Shown one piece after another: positions 36,524 to 45,859 of a DNA stretch of 64,000 nucleotides. The translations under genes were made by a program, and so were the position numbers. Below the pieces are notes generated by a model. It had not been told where the DNA came from and searched no databases. It saw nothing but the letters and a program-made list of their open reading frames with translations. Each line of letters begins with the position of its first letter. Within the stretch, counting starts at the first letter, position 1. The DNA lies in contig JAAYCX010000020.1 of NCBI GenBank assembly GCA_012729555.1, positions 14,908 to 78,907 of the forward strand, written 5' to 3'. The stretch comes from Acidobacteriota bacterium (lineage in GTDB: Bacteria > Acidobacteriota > UBA6911).

Positions 36524-37219
36524 ATGAACCCGATTGCGCGGAACCTTCAATCGATCCGGGAGGAGATCGGCAGGGCGGCCCGGGAGTGCGGGCGCGCGCC
36601 CGGGGACGTCCTCCTCCTGGCGGTGAGCAAGACCTTCCCCCCGGAAACGATCGCGGAAGCGGTCCGGGCGGGGCAGACGCGATTCGGGGAAAACCGCGTC
36701 CAGGAGGCCGAGGGGAAGATCCCCCTGTTCGGCCCCGATCCGAAGCTCGAATGGCACCTGATCGGCCACCTGCAGTCGAACAAGGCGCGCCGGGCGGCGG
36801 AGCTGTTCGACGTCATCCACTCGGTGGACGGCCTGAAGCTGGCCGCGCGCCTCGACCAGGCCGCGGGGGAGGCCGGCCGGACCCTTTCGGTCCTGCTGCA
36901 GGCGGACCTCGCCGGGGAGGAGACCAAATTCGGCGCGACCCCCGAGGAGATCCGCGCGCTCCTGGAAGCGGCCGCCGGCTGGCCCAACCTCCGCGTCGAC
37001 GGGCTGATGACGATCCCCCCCTTCTTCGACGACCCCGCCCGCTCGCGCCCCTATTTCGAGCGGCTGCGCCGGTTGCTGGAGGAGCTCGAATCGGAGCGGC
37101 CCGGGTGCCTGGGGCGGCGGCATCTTTCGATGGGGATGAGCCACGATTTCGCGGAGGCGATCCGGGAGGGGGCCACCATCGTCCGCGTCGGCACCGCCAT
37201 CTTCGGGTCGCGCGCATGA
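36524..37219 (+). CDS. yggS: YggS-family pyridoxal phosphate homeostasis protein
   Basis: PLP-binding AVSKT (Lys) motif and HxIGxLQSNK motif (HLIGHLQSNK). Confidence 0.85.
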   Translation: MNPIARNLQSIREEIGRAARECGRAPGDVLLLAVSKTFPPETIAEAVRAGQTRFGENRVQEAEGKIPLFGPDPKLEWHLIGHLQSNKARRAAELFDVIHSVDGLKLAARLDQAAGEAGRTLSVLLQADLAGEETKFGATPEEIRALLEAAAGWPNLRVDGLMTIPPFFDDPARSRPYFERLRRLLEELESERPGCLGRRHLSMGMSHDFAEAIREGATIVRVGTAIFGSRA

Positions 37220-37548
37220 CGGGGGAGCTCGACATCCGGGAAACCGCGGAGGGGGTGGAGGTGCGCCTCCACGTCCAGCCGCGGGCGAAGCGGACGGAAA
37301 TCGCCGGGACCCACAACCGCGCCCTGAAGCTGAAGGTGGCCGCCCCGCCGGTCGACGACGCCGCCAACCACGCCGTCATCCGGTTCCTGGCCTCCGTCCT
37401 GGGGGTCGCCCGGTCCTCCATCGCCATCGCGGCGGGAACGAAATCGAGGGACAAGACGGTCCGGGTCCGCGGCCTGTCGCCCGCGCAGGTCCTGGCCCGC
37501 CTCGAACCCCGCCAGGTCCCGCCCGCTGTGCAAAAACTGTGGAAATGA
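37216..37548 (+). CDS. DUF167 (YggU-like) protein
   Basis: ATGA overlap with yggS; translation has DUF167-like stretches (VHVQPRAKRTEI, LKLKVAAPPVDDAANHAVIRFLA); yggS-yggU synteny. Confidence 0.7.
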   Translation: MTGELDIRETAEGVEVRLHVQPRAKRTEIAGTHNRALKLKVAAPPVDDAANHAVIRFLASVLGVARSSIAIAAGTKSRDKTVRVRGLSPAQVLARLEPRQVPPAVQKLWK

Positions 37549-37678
37549 TGTGGAAAGGGCTGAGGACGTCTTTCCGTTAACGTTGCATCGAAAGGGTTTG
37601 AGAATTACGCACCGGGTGGGGGGCGGCCTGTGGAAAATTCCGCCCGTCCTCGTCCTATCGGCTGGGGGCCCGGGAGGG

Positions 37679-38485
37679 TTACGTTCCGGTCAGGATGCGG
37701 ACGACGACGGCGGTGATGTTGTCCGGCCCCCCCGCCTCGTTGGCCGACCGGACCAGGCGCCGGCAGGAGTCCTCCGGGGAGGCGTCCGGCCCGGCGAGGA
37801 TCCGCCCGATCTCCCCGTCCCCGAGCACGTCGGTCAGCCCGTCGGAGCAGAGGAGGTAGAGGTCCCCTTCCCGGCAATCGGCGGAGCGGAGGTCCACCTC
37901 GACGTCGGGGTGGGTGCCGATCGAGCGGGTGACGAGGTGCTTGTGGGGGTGGCGGACGATCTCGTCCTTGGAGAGGATCCCGTTTTCGTACAGCGGCCAG
38001 ACCAGGGAGTGGTCGCGCGTCAGCTGCTCGAGAACCCCCTCCCGCAGGAGGTAGGCGCGCGAGTCCCCCACCTGGGCCACGTGGTAGCGGGGCCCGTCGA
38101 AAAGGAGCGCCGTCAGGGTGGTGCCCATCCCGCGGTACTCGGCGCGCGCCCGCTGCGTCTCGTACACGCGCGCGTTGGCCTGCCGCACGGCCGAGCCGAG
38201 AGTCTTTCCCGCATCCCCGGCGGCGCCGGCGGCATCGATGGCGTCGTGCACGACCGAGGCCGCGATCCGGCTGGCGACCTCGCCGGCGGCGTGCCCCCCC
38301 ATCCCGTCGGCCACCAGGAAAAGGCGGTTCGGGCCGTCGACGACGAACGCGTCCTCGTTGGAGGCGCGCACCCTCCCCTGATCGCTCAGCACCCCGAATT
38401 CGATGTGCACTCGGCATACCCCGGCGTCCGTGATGGGGCCGGTCCGCCGCCCGCGCGGCGGCCGGTCCAGGACGCTGTTCATCAT
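37679..38485 (-). CDS. PP2C-family Ser/Thr protein phosphatase
   Basis: PPM metal-binding motifs (FVVADGMGGHAAGEVAS, DGLTD, GGPDNITAVVV); ATG at 38485. Confidence 0.85.
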   Translation of the reverse strand: MMNSVLDRPPRGRRTGPITDAGVCRVHIEFGVLSDQGRVRASNEDAFVVDGPNRLFLVADGMGGHAAGEVASRIAASVVHDAIDAAGAAGDAGKTLGSAVRQANARVYETQRARAEYRGMGTTLTALLFDGPRYHVAQVGDSRAYLLREGVLEQLTRDHSLVWPLYENGILSKDEIVRHPHKHLVTRSIGTHPDVEVDLRSADCREGDLYLLCSDGLTDVLGDGEIGRILAGPDASPEDSCRRLVRSANEAGGPDNITAVVVRILTGT

Positions 38486-38610
38486 ACCCCGCTTTCGGCC
38501 CGAACGACACCAAAACCATGGGGCGAAATCGCACCCGTTCACCGGCCGCGGACACCCGGCCGGCTTGAGCCGTGTGCTATGATATCGCAAACCACAGGCA
38601 CGAGGCCCAT

Positions 38611-40386
38611 ATGATCCCAAGCCATAAAAACATATTCCGGTTTCTTTCCCTTCTCCTGCTGCTCGGGGGCGTCGCCCTCCCCGCCGCGGCCGGGGTTTCC
38701 CGCGCCGTCCAGCAGGAATACCGGGAACGCTACGAGAACAAGGCGATGGTGCTGAAGGTCCCCCTGTACGGCGACCGGCAGACGGTGCGCATCACGGGCC
38801 CGGGCTATCGCGTCGAGCCGGGGTCCGGGACCCCGCGCTTCAAGGTGGGGGACCAGCTGCGGGTCATGGAAGTCTCCTTCTCGGGGGACCAGGTCCGTTT
38901 CCGCCTGAGCCCCGTCACCACTTCCGAGACGGTCGAGCTCTCCTTCCAGTTCGACGCCGGCCTCGAGGACGATTTCCCCAACCGGAAGGTGTTCGACCAG
39001 GCGCTCGGGGCCGTCCTCACGGAGGGGCTCCGGTACACCGAGATCGACGACGCCCGGCGCCGATTCGTGACCGGCCATTTCGAACGGTCGGTGCGGGAAC
39101 TGGCGGAGGCCGCCTCCATCAGCCGTGACGCGGCGCTCGAGCAGATCGCCCCGCTCCTCCCCGCCTACCAGCAGGCGAAGCGGGAAACCGCCTCGCTGGA
39201 GGAACGGCTCCGGAAGATATCGGCCCAGCTGGAAGCCGCCCGGGGCGAGAACCGCGAGCTCCAGGCGCAGGTCGGGAACCTCGAGGCGGAATCCTCCCGC
39301 CTGAAGCGCTCGAGCTCGGAGCTGGAGCAACGGATGCGCGCCTCCTCCTCCCAGATTTCGCGCCTGGGGGAGGAACTGCGGGCGGCCCAGGGGACGGCCC
39401 AGGGGTACCAGAAGGAGTTGGCGGAAATCCAGCGCTCGCTGAACCTGAAGGCGGAGGCGGGCAAGGACCTCTCCAGGCAGATCGCCGAACTGGGCCGGGC
39501 GCTGCGCACCCTGCAGGGGGAAAAGGAGACGCTCACGGGGAAGGTCGCCTCGCTCGAGAAGGAGCTCGCGTCCCGCGCGGCGGCCGCCGCGCGCCTCGGG
39601 GACGAAATCACCGAGCTCCGGCGGGGTAACGCCGACCTGGAGAAGACCATCCGGACGCTGACCTCGAAGGAGGATTCGCTCGCCCGGCGGTACCTGGAGC
39701 TCAAGAACGAGAAGGAAAAGCTGGACGACTTCGCCGCGGGCGTCCGGGCGCTGCGGACGCGGCTCGTGGAGGAGAAGGACTCGGACGGCTTCCGCACCGG
39801 CAAGGCGGAGGTGCTCGTCAACGACCTGGTCATCGGCTCCCTCGAATGGAGGATCCCCGCCGCGGTCGCGCGCGGCCGGGGGGCGGAGGCGGAAGCCGCG
39901 TTCACGGCCGAGTCGATCGATTACGTGCGCGCCACGCCGGAGGAAAAGCGCGTGCTCCGCTCCCTGGTCGACCCGCTCCGGGTCCGCATCGGCCTCGACC
40001 CGGGGGCCGCGGCCCTCCGGGCGGAGGCGGGGCCGGGGGAAGCGGTCCGGGAGGTCCGGGAGCGGGAGCGCTCCCTCTGGACATGGACGCTGCACAACCA
40101 GGGAACCCGCGACGCCCGGCTCCGCTTTTCGGTCCGCCTGGTCCACCGTGGCGGCGGGGAGATCGAGCTCTTCGACCGCGAGCCGGTGCTCGAAGCCTCG
40201 GACGCGCTGCGCCGCGTGCGCGATGCCCTGCGCCCGGTCCCCCTGGCCGTCGGCGCGGTCCTGGGGTTTCTCCTCTTCGGCATCGTCGGCGTGTTCCGGC
40301 GCCCGGGCCGTCCCCGCCCGCCCGCCCCGCGTTCCGGCACGCGCGCGGAACCCGGGCCGGACCCCGCCCACACGAAAGGGCTGTGA
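38611..40386 (+). CDS. exported coiled-coil protein with C-terminal TM anchor
   Basis: Signal peptide, about 250 aa of heptad-rich Ala/Glu/Leu/Arg sequence, C-terminal hydrophobic helix AVGAVLGFLLFGIVGVF; divergent from the PP2C gene. Confidence 0.55.
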   Translation: MIPSHKNIFRFLSLLLLLGGVALPAAAGVSRAVQQEYRERYENKAMVLKVPLYGDRQTVRITGPGYRVEPGSGTPRFKVGDQLRVMEVSFSGDQVRFRLSPVTTSETVELSFQFDAGLEDDFPNRKVFDQALGAVLTEGLRYTEIDDARRRFVTGHFERSVRELAEAASISRDAALEQIAPLLPAYQQAKRETASLEERLRKISAQLEAARGENRELQAQVGNLEAESSRLKRSSSELEQRMRASSSQISRLGEELRAAQGTAQGYQKELAEIQRSLNLKAEAGKDLSRQIAELGRALRTLQGEKETLTGKVASLEKELASRAAAAARLGDEITELRRGNADLEKTIRTLTSKEDSLARRYLELKNEKEKLDDFAAGVRALRTRLVEEKDSDGFRTGKAEVLVNDLVIGSLEWRIPAAVARGRGAEAEAAFTAESIDYVRATPEEKRVLRSLVDPLRVRIGLDPGAAALRAEAGPGEAVREVRERERSLWTWTLHNQGTRDARLRFSVRLVHRGGGEIELFDREPVLEASDALRRVRDALRPVPLAVGAVLGFLLFGIVGVFRRPGRPRPPAPRSGTRAEPGPDPAHTKGL

Positions 40387-40387
40387 C

Positions 40388-42247
40388 TCACTCCACCTTG
40401 CCGCCGACGATGATCTGGCGGGTGGAGGAGATCCAGGCGCGGATGCGCTCGGAATCGCCGGCGTTGAGGAAACGGAAGTTGTATTTCCGGTTGTCGCGGG
40501 TCCGGACCGACATCTGGTCCCCCTCGATCGCGAAGTGGCGCATTTCGCGGTAGGACTCGTAGAAGCTGTGGTCGGTCTCCGACGTCCGGTATTCCATCCC
40601 CTGCTCCGAGAAATGGAGGTTCCCCCGGCAGCTCGAAAACGCGTGGCGGTGCTCCACCGGGTAGGAATGCTTCATGACGGCGGCGGCGCGGTCCCGGTCC
40701 CTCAGGTCCTGGATCATGGACAGGAGGCGCTCGGGGGTGTACGAATCCGCCCCCCCGAGTTCACGGGCCCGGACCAGGTGCGCCTCGGCCCGCCCGAGGT
40801 CGTTGCGGTGGTAGTCGTAGAGCAGGCCCAGGTTCAGGTGCGCCAGGACGTTGCGCGGGTTCAGTTGGAGGCTCTTCTCGAAATTCAGGATGGCGGTATC
40901 GAGCTGCTTCCGGTTCTGGTGGCTGGCGCCGATGTAGAAGTAGGCCTCGTCGCTCGCCGGCTCCGACTTGAGATATTCGCCCCACTCCGCGATCGATTTT
41001 TCGTAGGCGCCCGCGCGAAAGGACTGGAGCGCCGACTGGCGCAGCGCGGTGACCCTGGCGCGCGATTCCTTTTCCTCGCTCTTCTGCCGCTCGGTCTGCG
41101 CCGCCTCCGCGAGCCGGGACTCGACCGTCTCCAGGCGGGCGCGGCTGTAGGTGTCCTCGGGGAAATACTGGAGCATCGCCCGGAAATCGGCGCGCGCCCC
41201 GGCCCAGTCGGAAGCGGCGATCTTGGCGTCCCCGCGGTTCTGCATCAGCTCCTTGAGGTGCGCGATCGCCTCCCGGATGTAGCCGTTGTTCGGGTCGAGA
41301 CGCTGGATGCTCCGGATGGCGTCGAGCGCGTTGTCCCGGTCGGGGGGGAGGAGGCTGCCGACCTTCATGGCCGCCTCGGCCCGGGCGCGCCACCGGGCGA
41401 TCTGCTCCTCGCGGTCCTGCACTCTCGCGTCGAGCCTGGCCGCGATCTCCTCGAGGCGCTCCCCGATGGCGCCGTCCTCCGGGAAAAGGAGGAGGAGGTT
41501 CTTGTACTGCTTTTCCGATTCCAGCCAGTCCTCCCGCGCGTAGGCCAGTTCGGCGCGCCGGCGGAAGGTGTCGGCCAGCCGGGCGCGGGTGTCGGCCGCG
41601 TCCTTGTTGGCGGGGTCGATCTCGAGGATCCGGTCGACGAAATAGAGAACGTTGTAGTCCTCGGGCGGGGGGAGCAGGATGTTGTCCTTCAGGGCGCCGT
41701 CCAGCTTCCGGCCGAGCGCTTCGATTTCCGCCAGCTGTTCGTTGCTGAGCCGGGGAACCACGGGCTCCAGTTCCCAGTGCACGCTTTCGGTCGCATACGG
41801 GATCACCATCACCTGCCGGGTCTGCTCCCGGTACCCCTCGAGCCGGACCCCCACCTGGTGCCCCCCGCTCGGCAGGTTCCCGATCGAGAGGGGCGACGTC
41901 CCCCTCACCTTGCCGTCGATGGAGACCAGCGCCCCCGCGGGGGTGGTCTTGACCGTCAGCCCCCCGAACTTCGGCTTCCAGTACTGGTAGAGGAAGGCGG
42001 CGGTGAAGGCGACCATCCCGAGGAGGACCAGGACCGCAAACCCCGTCATGAGGGTGCGCACCCTGATCTGGGCCGGCCTCCGCGGCCCCCCCTTCGGCGC
42101 CCCCCCGCCGGACGGGCCCCCGCCGGACGGGCCCCCGCCGGGCGGACCCCCGCCGGGCGGGCCCCCGGCCAGGGACCTCCCGTCGACGGGGCAGAAGGAG
42201 AATTCCTCCGGGTACTCTTTACCGCACTCTGGACACTCTCTGGTCAA
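40388..42247 (-). CDS. zinc-ribbon / low-complexity (PGGG)n / TM / PEGA / TPR multidomain protein
   Basis: N-terminus ECPECGKEYPEEFSFCPVDG (zinc ribbon), Gly/Pro repeats, TM helix, PEGA-like beta domain (LTVKTTPAGALVSIDGKVRGTSPL), multiple TPR-like repeats. Confidence 0.6.
   Translation of the reverse strand: MTRECPECGKEYPEEFSFCPVDGRSLAGGPPGGGPPGGGPSGGGPSGGGAPKGGPRRPAQIRVRTLMTGFAVLVLLGMVAFTAAFLYQYWKPKFGGLTVKTTPAGALVSIDGKVRGTSPLSIGNLPSGGHQVGVRLEGYREQTRQVMVIPYATESVHWELEPVVPRLSNEQLAEIEALGRKLDGALKDNILLPPPEDYNVLYFVDRILEIDPANKDAADTRARLADTFRRRAELAYAREDWLESEKQYKNLLLLFPEDGAIGERLEEIAARLDARVQDREEQIARWRARAEAAMKVGSLLPPDRDNALDAIRSIQRLDPNNGYIREAIAHLKELMQNRGDAKIAASDWAGARADFRAMLQYFPEDTYSRARLETVESRLAEAAQTERQKSEEKESRARVTALRQSALQSFRAGAYEKSIAEWGEYLKSEPASDEAYFYIGASHQNRKQLDTAILNFEKSLQLNPRNVLAHLNLGLLYDYHRNDLGRAEAHLVRARELGGADSYTPERLLSMIQDLRDRDRAAAVMKHSYPVEHRHAFSSCRGNLHFSEQGMEYRTSETDHSFYESYREMRHFAIEGDQMSVRTRDNRKYNFRFLNAGDSERIRAWISSTRQIIVGGKVE
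42102..42170. repeat. 4.6 tandem copies of a 15-nt unit CCCCCGCCGG(A/G)CGGG encoding (G)GPPGG repeats
   Basis: Units at 42102-42116, 42117-42131, 42132-42146, 42147-42161 and a partial copy at 42162-42170, read directly from the sequence. Confidence 0.65.
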
Positions 42248-42296
42248 AGCCGCTCCCTGTCGGTTGTCGATGCCTCATCGGCGGCGGGCCGCCCCG

Positions 42297-43673
42297 TCAC
42301 GGCACCTTGAAACGGGCCGCGGGGAGGAACTCGCCCTGCCCGGCGCGCCCGTGGACCTTGTTCTCCCGCGCGATCACCTTCCCCCGCTGCAGCACCATCC
42401 AGGGGGTCCCGCGCAGGTTCATCCCCTCGTAAGGGGTGTAGTCGGAGCGCGAGAGGCTCGTGGCCTTCGAAAGGGTGACCTCGGCCGCGGGATCGAAGAG
42501 GATCATGTCGGCGTCGCTCCCCACCGCCAGCGTCCCCTTGCGCGGGAAGAGCCCGAAAATCTTGGCCGGCGAGGTGCTCACCAGGTCGACCAGGCGGTTG
42601 GGCGAGATCCTCCCCGCGGCGACGCCGGCGGAATGAAGGAGGGACACCCGCTCCTGGATCCCCGCGAACCCGCGCGGGGCCCTGGTGAAATCCTCCCTCC
42701 CGAGGTCCTTCTGCCCCGCGTAGTGGAACGCCCGGTGGTCGCTCCCGACCGAGTGGATGTCGCCGCTCGAGATCGCCTTCCAGAGGACGTCGGCGTGCCA
42801 GGAGGGGCGCAGCGGCGGGATGCAGGTGTACTTCACGCCGTCCGGCTCCTCGTACCGGTCGCTCGCGAGCACCAGGAAATGGGGGGAGGTCTCGGCGTAG
42901 ACCACCTGGCCGCGGTCCCGGGCCGCCTTGACCTTCTCGATCGCGTGCGCGGAGGAGATGCCGCTCAGGTAGATGGGGGCCCGGGCCATCTCGGCGATGC
43001 TGATGGCGCGGGCGGTCGCCTGGGCCTCCACTTCCGGCGGCCGGGCCTCGGGAAGGTACCGGGCCGACGTCTTCCCCTCCGACGCCAGCCGGCCCAGGTA
43101 GGTCCGGATGATCTCCCCGTTCTCGGCGTGCAGGCAGACGATCGCCCCGGCGCCGCGGGCGCACTCGAGCAGTTCCAGCAGCCGGCCGTCGTGGATGTAC
43201 CGTTCGCCCCACCCGTCGAGCCGGGCGTGAAAGCTGGTGACGCCGGCGGCGACCATGGCGGGGATTTCCTCGAGGATCCCCGGGGTCACCTCGCTGAGCG
43301 CGATGTGAAAGGCGTAGTCCACCACCGAACGCCCGGCCGCCTTCTCCTTCCATGTCTCCAGGGCCCCGGCCAGGGTCCCCCCGGGGACCTGTTCCGCGTA
43401 ATCGATCACGGTGGTGGTCCCCCCGGCGGCGCCCGCCGCGGTCGCGCTCTCGAAATCGTCGACCGTCGTCATGCCGTCGCACTCGACGTCGAGGTGCGTG
43501 TGCGCGTCGACGGCCCCCGGCAGCACCCACTTGCCCGTCGCGTCGATGATCTCGTTGGCGATCTTGGATATCTCCCCCCCGATTTCGCACACCCTGCCGT
43601 TCTTGACCAGGATGTCGGCCCGGTAGGTGTCGGTGGCCGTGATGATGGTTCCGTTCTTGATCAGTGTCGTCAT
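42297..43673 (-). CDS. dihydropyrimidinase / D-hydantoinase (cyclic amidohydrolase)
   Basis: Amidohydrolase metal ligands (DAHTHLD, carbamylated-Lys region VTSFH, HAENG, GSDH). Confidence 0.8.
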   Translation of the reverse strand: MTTLIKNGTIITATDTYRADILVKNGRVCEIGGEISKIANEIIDATGKWVLPGAVDAHTHLDVECDGMTTVDDFESATAAGAAGGTTTVIDYAEQVPGGTLAGALETWKEKAAGRSVVDYAFHIALSEVTPGILEEIPAMVAAGVTSFHARLDGWGERYIHDGRLLELLECARGAGAIVCLHAENGEIIRTYLGRLASEGKTSARYLPEARPPEVEAQATARAISIAEMARAPIYLSGISSAHAIEKVKAARDRGQVVYAETSPHFLVLASDRYEEPDGVKYTCIPPLRPSWHADVLWKAISSGDIHSVGSDHRAFHYAGQKDLGREDFTRAPRGFAGIQERVSLLHSAGVAAGRISPNRLVDLVSTSPAKIFGLFPRKGTLAVGSDADMILFDPAAEVTLSKATSLSRSDYTPYEGMNLRGTPWMVLQRGKVIARENKVHGRAGQGEFLPAARFKVP

Positions 43674-43739
43674 CTGGTTCTCCCGCGTGCGTGGCCCGGC
43701 CGATAATTTCCGGATTATATCAAAGTGAGCGGGCGCCTG

Positions 43740-45050
43740 TCAGCGGCCCTGTTCGGCCCCGTCGAAGACCCGGGCGAAGACGGCGTCGACGTTGCGCAGC
43801 TGCAGGTCGGGGTTGACGACCGCGCGCACCTCCTCCGCGTCGAGGACCCGGGTGATGTCGGGGTCCCCGGCGAGGACCTCGAAAAAGTCCCGGTCCTCGT
43901 CCCATACCTTCATGGCGCAGCGCTGGACCCAGCGGTAGGCCTCCTCCCGCAGCACCCCCTTGCGGGTCAGGTCGAGGAGCAGCTGCCCGGAATAGGCCAG
44001 CCCGCGCGTCAGCCCGATGTTTTTGAGCATGCGGTCGGGGTGGACCACCAGCCCCGACACGATGCGCGTCATCGCCCGGAGCATGTAGCAGAGCACCGAG
44101 GTGGCGTCGGGGAGGATCACGCGTTCGGCGGAGGAGTGGGAGATGTCCCGCTCGTGCCAGAGCGCGACGTTCTCGAGCGCCGTGACCGAGTACCCCCGCA
44201 GCAGGCGGGAGAGCCCCGAGACCTGCTCGCACTTGACCGGGTTCCGCTTGTGCGGCATCGCCGAGGACCCCTTCTGCCCGGAGGCGAAAGGCTCCTCCGC
44301 CTCCCGCACCTCGGTCCTCTGCAGGTGGCGGATCTCGGTGGCGAACTTGTCGAGGGAGCTCCCGGCGATGGCGATCGCCGAGACGTACTCCGCGTGGCGG
44401 TCCCGCTGCAGCGTCTGGGTGGACACGGGCGCGGGCACGAGCCCCAGCCGCTCGCACACCCGCGCCTCCACGTCCGGGTCGAGGTGCGCGAAGGTCCCCA
44501 CCGCCCCCGACAGCTTGCCGACGGCCATCGTCTCGGCCGCCCGCCGCATCCGCTCCCGGTTGCGCCGCATCTCGTCGTACCAGACCGCCAGCTTGAGCCC
44601 GAAGGTGGTGATTTCGGCGTGCACCCCGTGCGTGCGTCCCATCATGAGGGTCCGCCGGTGCTCCAGGGCGCGGGCGCGGATGGCGTCCGCGAGCGCATCC
44701 ATCGCCTCGAGGATCCTGGCGCTCGCCTGCAGGAGCTGCACCGCGCGGGCGGTGTCGACCACGTCGGTGGAGGTCAGGCCCCAGTGGATGTAGCGGGATT
44801 CGGGCCCCACGTGCTCGGCCACGCTGGTGGTGAACGCGATCAGGTCGTGGTGCGTGACCGATTCGATCTCCCTGATCCGGGGGACGGAGAACGCCGCCTT
44901 CCGCTCGATGACGTCCATCGCCTCGCGCGGGATCCACCCCTTTTCGGCCAGCACGCGGCAGGTCTCCAGCTCCACCAGGAGCCAGGTCCGGAACATGTTC
45001 TCCTCCGACCAGATCTCGGCCAGGTCCCCGGGCATATAACGATCGATCAT
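43740..45050 (-). CDS. purB: adenylosuccinate lyase
   Basis: Fumarate-lyase signature GSSAMPHKRNP and typical PurB N-terminus MIDRYMPGDLAEIWSEENMF. Confidence 0.9.
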   Translation of the reverse strand: MIDRYMPGDLAEIWSEENMFRTWLLVELETCRVLAEKGWIPREAMDVIERKAAFSVPRIREIESVTHHDLIAFTTSVAEHVGPESRYIHWGLTSTDVVDTARAVQLLQASARILEAMDALADAIRARALEHRRTLMMGRTHGVHAEITTFGLKLAVWYDEMRRNRERMRRAAETMAVGKLSGAVGTFAHLDPDVEARVCERLGLVPAPVSTQTLQRDRHAEYVSAIAIAGSSLDKFATEIRHLQRTEVREAEEPFASGQKGSSAMPHKRNPVKCEQVSGLSRLLRGYSVTALENVALWHERDISHSSAERVILPDATSVLCYMLRAMTRIVSGLVVHPDRMLKNIGLTRGLAYSGQLLLDLTRKGVLREEAYRWVQRCAMKVWDEDRDFFEVLAGDPDITRVLDAEEVRAVVNPDLQLRNVDAVFARVFDGAEQGR

Positions 45051-45070
45051 GGTTCTCTCCTCCAGCTTCT

Positions 45071-45856
45071 TCAGTATCGGAACGTCGGGCCGATCCTGTC
45101 CGGGTGGGCCAGTTCGATCCGGGTCTGCGGCGCCTGCGGCCCGGCGCGCTCCTCCAGGGCCCTCCGGGCCGACAGCAGCGCCAGTTCGGGAAGGTTGTTC
45201 TGTTTGCTGAGGTGGGCCAGCACCACCACCGCCGCCCGGCCGTCGAAATCGTGCGCCAGGTAGTGCGCCACCGAATCGTTGGAAAGGTGGCCGCGCCGGC
45301 TCATCACCCGCTGCTTCAGCGCCCAGGGGTAGGGCCCCACCTTGAGCAGCCGCTCGTCGTGGTTCGACTCGAGCACGATGGCGTCGGAGCCGCGCAGCCG
45401 CTCCAGGACGAGGTTCGAAAGAAACCCCAGGTCGAGCGCGATCGAGATCCTCACCCCGTCCTTCTCCAGGACGAAGCCGAGCGGGTCGGTCGCGTCGTGG
45501 GGGACCGAAAAGCCGGTGACGCCGATCCCCCCGATCTGGAAACCTTCGCCCGGGCGGATCGACCGGAGCCTGCGTTCGTCGAGCCGCAGGCCCGAACCGC
45601 CGAACGCCTCCTCCGTCATGAAGACGGGGATGTCGAGGCCCTTGGCGAAGGGGCCGACCCCCCGGCAGTGGTCGCCGTGCTCGTGGGAGATCACGATGGC
45701 CGACACCCTCTCCGGTTCCAGCCCGATTTCACGCAGCCTGCGCGCGGTTTCCCGCCCGCTCAGCCCGACATCGACCAGGATATGGGTCTCCCCGTCGCTC
45801 ACCAGGGTGGCGTTGCCCGAACTGCCGCTTCCCAGCACCGTGAAACAGAGCCCCAT
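45071..45856 (-). CDS. MBL-fold metallo-hydrolase
   Basis: HxHxDH motif (ISHEHGDHCRG) and downstream His/Asp ligands. Confidence 0.8.
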   Translation of the reverse strand: MGLCFTVLGSGSSGNATLVSDGETHILVDVGLSGRETARRLREIGLEPERVSAIVISHEHGDHCRGVGPFAKGLDIPVFMTEEAFGGSGLRLDERRLRSIRPGEGFQIGGIGVTGFSVPHDATDPLGFVLEKDGVRISIALDLGFLSNLVLERLRGSDAIVLESNHDERLLKVGPYPWALKQRVMSRRGHLSNDSVAHYLAHDFDGRAAVVVLAHLSKQNNLPELALLSARRALEERAGPQAPQTRIELAHPDRIGPTFRY

Positions 45857-45859
45857 CGG

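Noticed and set aside
36586-37548. 320-aa ORF 36586..37548 +
   Set aside because: Only its last 111 codons (from ATG 37216) form the DUF167/YggU-like gene. The rest is an alternative frame of yggS.
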